Origin: Candidatus Saccharimonadota bacterium
GTDB taxonomy: Bacteria > Patescibacteriota > Saccharimonadia > Saccharimonadales > Saccharimonadaceae
DNA length: 32,000 bases
Reading direction: 5' to 3'
Assembly: GCA_016700015.1 (NCBI GenBank)
Contig: CP064995.1
Span: 810,001 to 842,000 of the forward strand
Shown here: in pieces, positions 29,397 through 32,000 of the stretch
Layout of the letters: each line of letters starts with the position of its first letter
How positions within the stretch are numbered: the first letter of the stretch is position 1
Translations under genes and position numbers: made by a program
Notes under the pieces: generated by a model
Seen by the model: only the letters and a program-made list of their open reading frames with translations
Told to the model about the DNA's origin: nothing
The model's database searches: none

Positions 29397-29944
29397 GCAT
29401 TACACGCGCCGCTGTCATAGTGGATGTCGGAGATCCTATACCTTCCATCGTTTGCACCTAGTGGGCCATTGAGTTTAAACCATCGCCCCTCCGGGCCACC
29501 TGGCAGCCAGCGCCAGTATTGCCACCACACGGTTCCATCAAATGCTTGTTGGGTATCGAGCCTCATCCAGTAACAGCGCGGAACCCAGACCGCATCAACA
29601 TCGTGATAAGTAGGCCACCCTGTCCAAGGCGCAGAAAATGTTCCCTTTGACCAACTCCCCTCGTATAGTATCCAGCGGTCGCTAGATGGCATGCGACTCC
29701 AGCCAGATACATAAGGAGTACTGTTGTAGTAACCCCATCCAGTGCCGGGATAGTTTGTCCCGTAGTAAGTATTGAGTAAGTTGCCGTTATAGTAGTAGAG
29801 CTTTCCCCCTAGCGCGTTGACTTTGTAGCTTGCACTTGCTTGTGGAGCGGATGGTGATAGGACGGCGCCGAGACAAGCAACCAGAAAGCCCGACAGCAAC
29901 AGCCCCTTCCATGACCAAATATTGATAGATTGTGTCTTTCTCAT
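29393..29944 (-). CDS. secreted Trp/Tyr/Gly-rich hypothetical protein
   Basis: A 183-aa ORF with the strong RBS GGAGGGAGT. The signal peptide is ...LLLSGFLVACLGAVLSPSAPQASA. The mature part is extremely rich in W, Y and G. Its stop overlaps the tsaD stop in the shared CTAG. Confidence 0.75.
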   Translation of the reverse strand: MRKTQSINIWSWKGLLLSGFLVACLGAVLSPSAPQASASYKVNALGGKLYYYNGNLLNTYYGTNYPGTGWGYYNSTPYVSGWSRMPSSDRWILYEGSWSKGTFSAPWTGWPTYHDVDAVWVPRCYWMRLDTQQAFDGTVWWQYWRWLPGGPEGRWFKLNGPLGANDGRYRISDIHYDSGACNA

Positions 29945-30066
29945 ACTCCCTCCACCTAGTGTATTAGACGACGCTATGTGCGTTCTGTGGCTAGCTTAAA
30001 ACTACCTCGCTATTTATGCAATACCACTTACAATAGATCTTCTGGTCTGTTATATAATTAGTGTTG

Positions 30067-31053
30067 TTATTTGCGCAACGACTTAACACGCCGTACGAAT
30101 TTTTTAGCGGTCGGCAGGCCCTTCGACCAGACCCAGTACAGGGGTGAGAGCGGGTAATCATAGGTACCGACTAGCTTGTCCTCATGGCTAGCAAAGCCCT
30201 GCTTGAAACTACTTACCCCGTCGTTTAGTAGGCCGTTCATGTCATAGCGGGCAAGCCCCCACTCTTTGCAAGTAGTAATAGCGTGCCACTTCAGGCCATA
30301 GTTAGCTCGTAGTTCTTGTCCCTCTTGGTTCATGCCACCATAAAGCTCAAATGCAGTGCGGCTGCTGATCGCCAACCACACAAACGCTATAGGTTTTTCA
30401 CCTTTAAATGCCGCAAATATTACCGATGAATCACCAAGATAACGATGAACGTCATAATAATACTTGTCGGTATGAAGGTCGAAGCCGGCGCGTTCAGCAG
30501 TGTCGTGATAGATTGCGAGGCATTGGGCAATTTCTTCATCTGTTTTAACCTTCCGAAACACCAGCGCTTCCCTACTCGATTTGCGGATATATTGTCTGGT
30601 TTTTTTGCTCATAGCCGTTTCAAGATCAGCCAGTGAACTAGCGAGGTCGAGAATAATTGTACGCGGCAAAAGAATCGTGTTCGTCGTAGGGTGCCATGGG
30701 TGGTAGACATCCATCTCACTGTCGTCTGGTTCGATCGATAGCACAGTTCCCGGCAAGTGCTGCTTCGAGTACGCAACGAGCGCCTGGAGTACTTCCCTTT
30801 CTTTACCAACCCGCCACACCGGCCCTCGTGGTACATAGTCAAGGCGACGAAATGGCCCAGGCAGACGGCGCACAAGTATCTGTGCCGCACCTTGCACATG
30901 ATCCTCGTCATCAACAAATAGCACACGGTGCGCCAGCCAGTTGTTTGCCGCTTTTAGCTCACCCCACCCCCATAGTTGCAGCGGGTGACCGCCCATATCA
31001 TGAACAATTTCATCCCACAGTTCTCTCTCTTCACACACCTTCCCTATCGTCAT
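30067..31053 (-). CDS. FemAB-family peptidoglycan bridge aminoacyltransferase (second paralogue)
   Basis: I use the internal ATG 31053 of ORF 30067..31137. MTIGKVCEERELWDEIVHDMGGHPLQLWGWGELK ... RRLDYVPRGPVW ... FAAFKGEKPIAFVWLAIS...ELYGGMN are FemAB-like blocks. TATAAT lies 7 nt upstream of the ATG. Confidence 0.82.
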   Translation of the reverse strand: MTIGKVCEERELWDEIVHDMGGHPLQLWGWGELKAANNWLAHRVLFVDDEDHVQGAAQILVRRLPGPFRRLDYVPRGPVWRVGKEREVLQALVAYSKQHLPGTVLSIEPDDSEMDVYHPWHPTTNTILLPRTIILDLASSLADLETAMSKKTRQYIRKSSREALVFRKVKTDEEIAQCLAIYHDTAERAGFDLHTDKYYYDVHRYLGDSSVIFAAFKGEKPIAFVWLAISSRTAFELYGGMNQEGQELRANYGLKWHAITTCKEWGLARYDMNGLLNDGVSSFKQGFASHEDKLVGTYDYPLSPLYWVWSKGLPTAKKFVRRVKSLRK

Positions 31054-31060
31054 GCTGCAT

Positions 31061-31066
31061 ATTATA
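31061..31066 (-). promoter_or_regulatory. -10 element (TATAAT) for the second FemAB gene; leaderless configuration
   Basis: The minus strand reads ggtgTATAATatgcagcATG, so 7 nt separate the -10 from the start codon, with no Shine-Dalgarno. Confidence 0.55.
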
Positions 31067-31191
31067 CACCTAATAGCCATAGGCAAATTTGCATAATTTC
31101 GCATGAAGTGTGCTATACTAAAGTAGAACATAAACACGTGGAAAAAATGGCGGTCTTATAGAGGTGTCAGGTATTGACAAATTTTAGAAAT

Positions 31192-31207
31192 GTTTTCACG
31201 TGAAAAC
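31192..31207. promoter_or_regulatory. perfect 16-bp palindrome GTTTTCACGTGAAAAC (candidate operator) in the femAB2/valS divergent region
   Basis: Read directly. A near-copy TTTTCGCGTGAAACT lies at 31242-31256, 49 bp downstream. Confidence 0.5.
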
Positions 31208-31241
31208 TTTCTCATTGATACCTATTGTTTTTATTTGCCTT

Positions 31242-31256
31242 TTTTCGCGTGAAACT
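31242..31256. promoter_or_regulatory. second copy of the TTTTC(A/G)CGTGAAAC motif
   Basis: It is 13/15 identical to 31193-31207 and lies 23 nt upstream of the valS start. Confidence 0.45.
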
Positions 31257-31278
31257 AAATAGAACACTACGAGGTTGC

Positions 31279-32000
31279 ATGAAGCTATCTAAAGCCTATA
31301 CCCCAAATGACTACGAGCCGACAATTTACGCTCTATGGGAGCAGGCTGCGGTATTTGCGCCGAGCGGCAAGGGAGATCCCTATGCCGTCGTCATGCCACC
31401 GCCCAACGCCAACGGCAATCTGCACATCGGACACGCCTTAGGGACAGCTGTTCAGGATATTTTAGTCCGCTACCATCGGGCCAGGGGCTACGACGCCGTT
31501 TTCGTCCCAGGAGCCGATCATGCTGGATTTGAGACCTGGGTTGTGTACGAAAAAGAACTTGAGGCACTAGGGAGGTCGCGTTTTGAATACTCACGCGACC
31601 AACTTTACTCACAAGTATGGGATTTTGTTGACAAACATCGTGGCAATGTGGAGTTACAGCTACGGGCCCTTGGGGCAGGGGTGAGCTGGAACGATTTGGT
31701 GTTTACTCTCGACGCCAAAGTAATAGACACCGTTTACAATACGTTCAAGCGCATGTGGGATGACGGACTGGTATACAGGGGTGAGAAAATTGTCAGTTAC
31801 TGTACCAAGCACCATACGAGCTTCGCGGATATTGAAGTTCAGCACAAAGACGAGAAATCGAAGCTGTGGAAAATTGCCTATCCAACTCTCGACAAAATCG
31901 GCGAGATTGTGGTTGCAACCACACGTCCCGAAACCATGCTGGGTGATGTTGCTGTCGCCGTTCACCCCGATGACGAGCGTTACAAGCACCTAGTGAGCAC
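31279..32000 (+). CDS. valS: valine--tRNA ligase, N-terminal part (runs off the window end)
   Basis: My translation gives MKLSKAYTPNDYEPTIYALWEQAAVFAPSGKGDPYAVVMPPPNANGNLHIGHALGTAVQDILVRYHRARGYDAVFVPGADHAGFETW..., with the class I HIGH motif and a typical ValRS N-terminus. GAGG lies 4 nt upstream of the start. Confidence 0.95.
   Translation, partial: MKLSKAYTPNDYEPTIYALWEQAAVFAPSGKGDPYAVVMPPPNANGNLHIGHALGTAVQDILVRYHRARGYDAVFVPGADHAGFETWVVYEKELEALGRSRFEYSRDQLYSQVWDFVDKHRGNVELQLRALGAGVSWNDLVFTLDAKVIDTVYNTFKRMWDDGLVYRGEKIVSYCTKHHTSFADIEVQHKDEKSKLWKIAYPTLDKIGEIVVATTRPETMLGDVAVAVHPDDERYKHLVS

Noticed and set aside
31141-31278. T-box riboswitch upstream of valS
   Set aside because: The leader is at most ~100 nt. 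I found no T-box sequence (..GGUGGUACCGCG..), no specifier-loop architecture and no terminator/antiterminator pair. The palindromes look like DNA operators instead.
1-32000. CRISPR arrays, transposases, integrases, prophage blocks and rRNA
   Set aside because: I saw no repeat-spacer periodicity. No ORF has a DDE/serine/tyrosine recombinase or Cas-like motif. I found no terminal inverted repeats flanking the GC-rich genes and no rRNA-like conserved stretches. The lone holin-family gene has no phage neighbours.

Overview
Gene-dense bacterial chromosomal window of about 50% G+C. I call 40 protein-coding genes, one tRNA-Ser(GGA) and one candidate structured non-coding RNA. I found no rRNA, CRISPR array, transposase or integrase. 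Recognisable housekeeping genes are pyrG (partial), a thioredoxin-like/CcdA pair, mntH, an nrdA-nrdB ribonucleotide reductase operon with a YjjX-like NTPase, two ABC transporters, an L,D-transpeptidase, a DAG-kinase-family kinase, a PGI/PMI-type isomerase, two FemAB-family genes, two tandem Mur-ligase-family genes, tsaD and valS (partial). The many orphan proteins, FemAB paralogues and compact layout are reminiscent of a reduced-genome (CPR/Saccharibacteria-like) organism. That placement is inference only. Promoters are easy to read (TTGAC[T/A]-N14-TGC-TAtAAT), and at least six genes look leaderless, with ATG 6-8 nt after the -10. Items most worth follow-up: (1) an orphan ~345-nt highly structured RNA at 4450-4794 with its own consensus promoter and terminator, lacking RNase P, tmRNA and SRP hallmarks, next to an orphan PRTase-signature protein. 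(2) An RNR operon whose NrdB is of the R2c type (Phe at the radical-Tyr site). Its NrdA lacks the C-terminal redox cysteine pair, while a 57-aa ORF immediately downstream ends in CDGCQ. (3) An array of NrdR-box-like palindromes upstream of nrdA. (4) A cell-wall peptide locus with FemAB, an amidinotransferase/DDAH-superfamily enzyme and tandem Mur-ligase paralogues. (5) A four-gene orphan island at 21.1-23.5 kb. (6) Several ~60-63% G+C genes embedded in the ~50% backbone, suggesting acquisition from a high-GC donor. All functional calls rest on motif reading by eye; no database search was possible.
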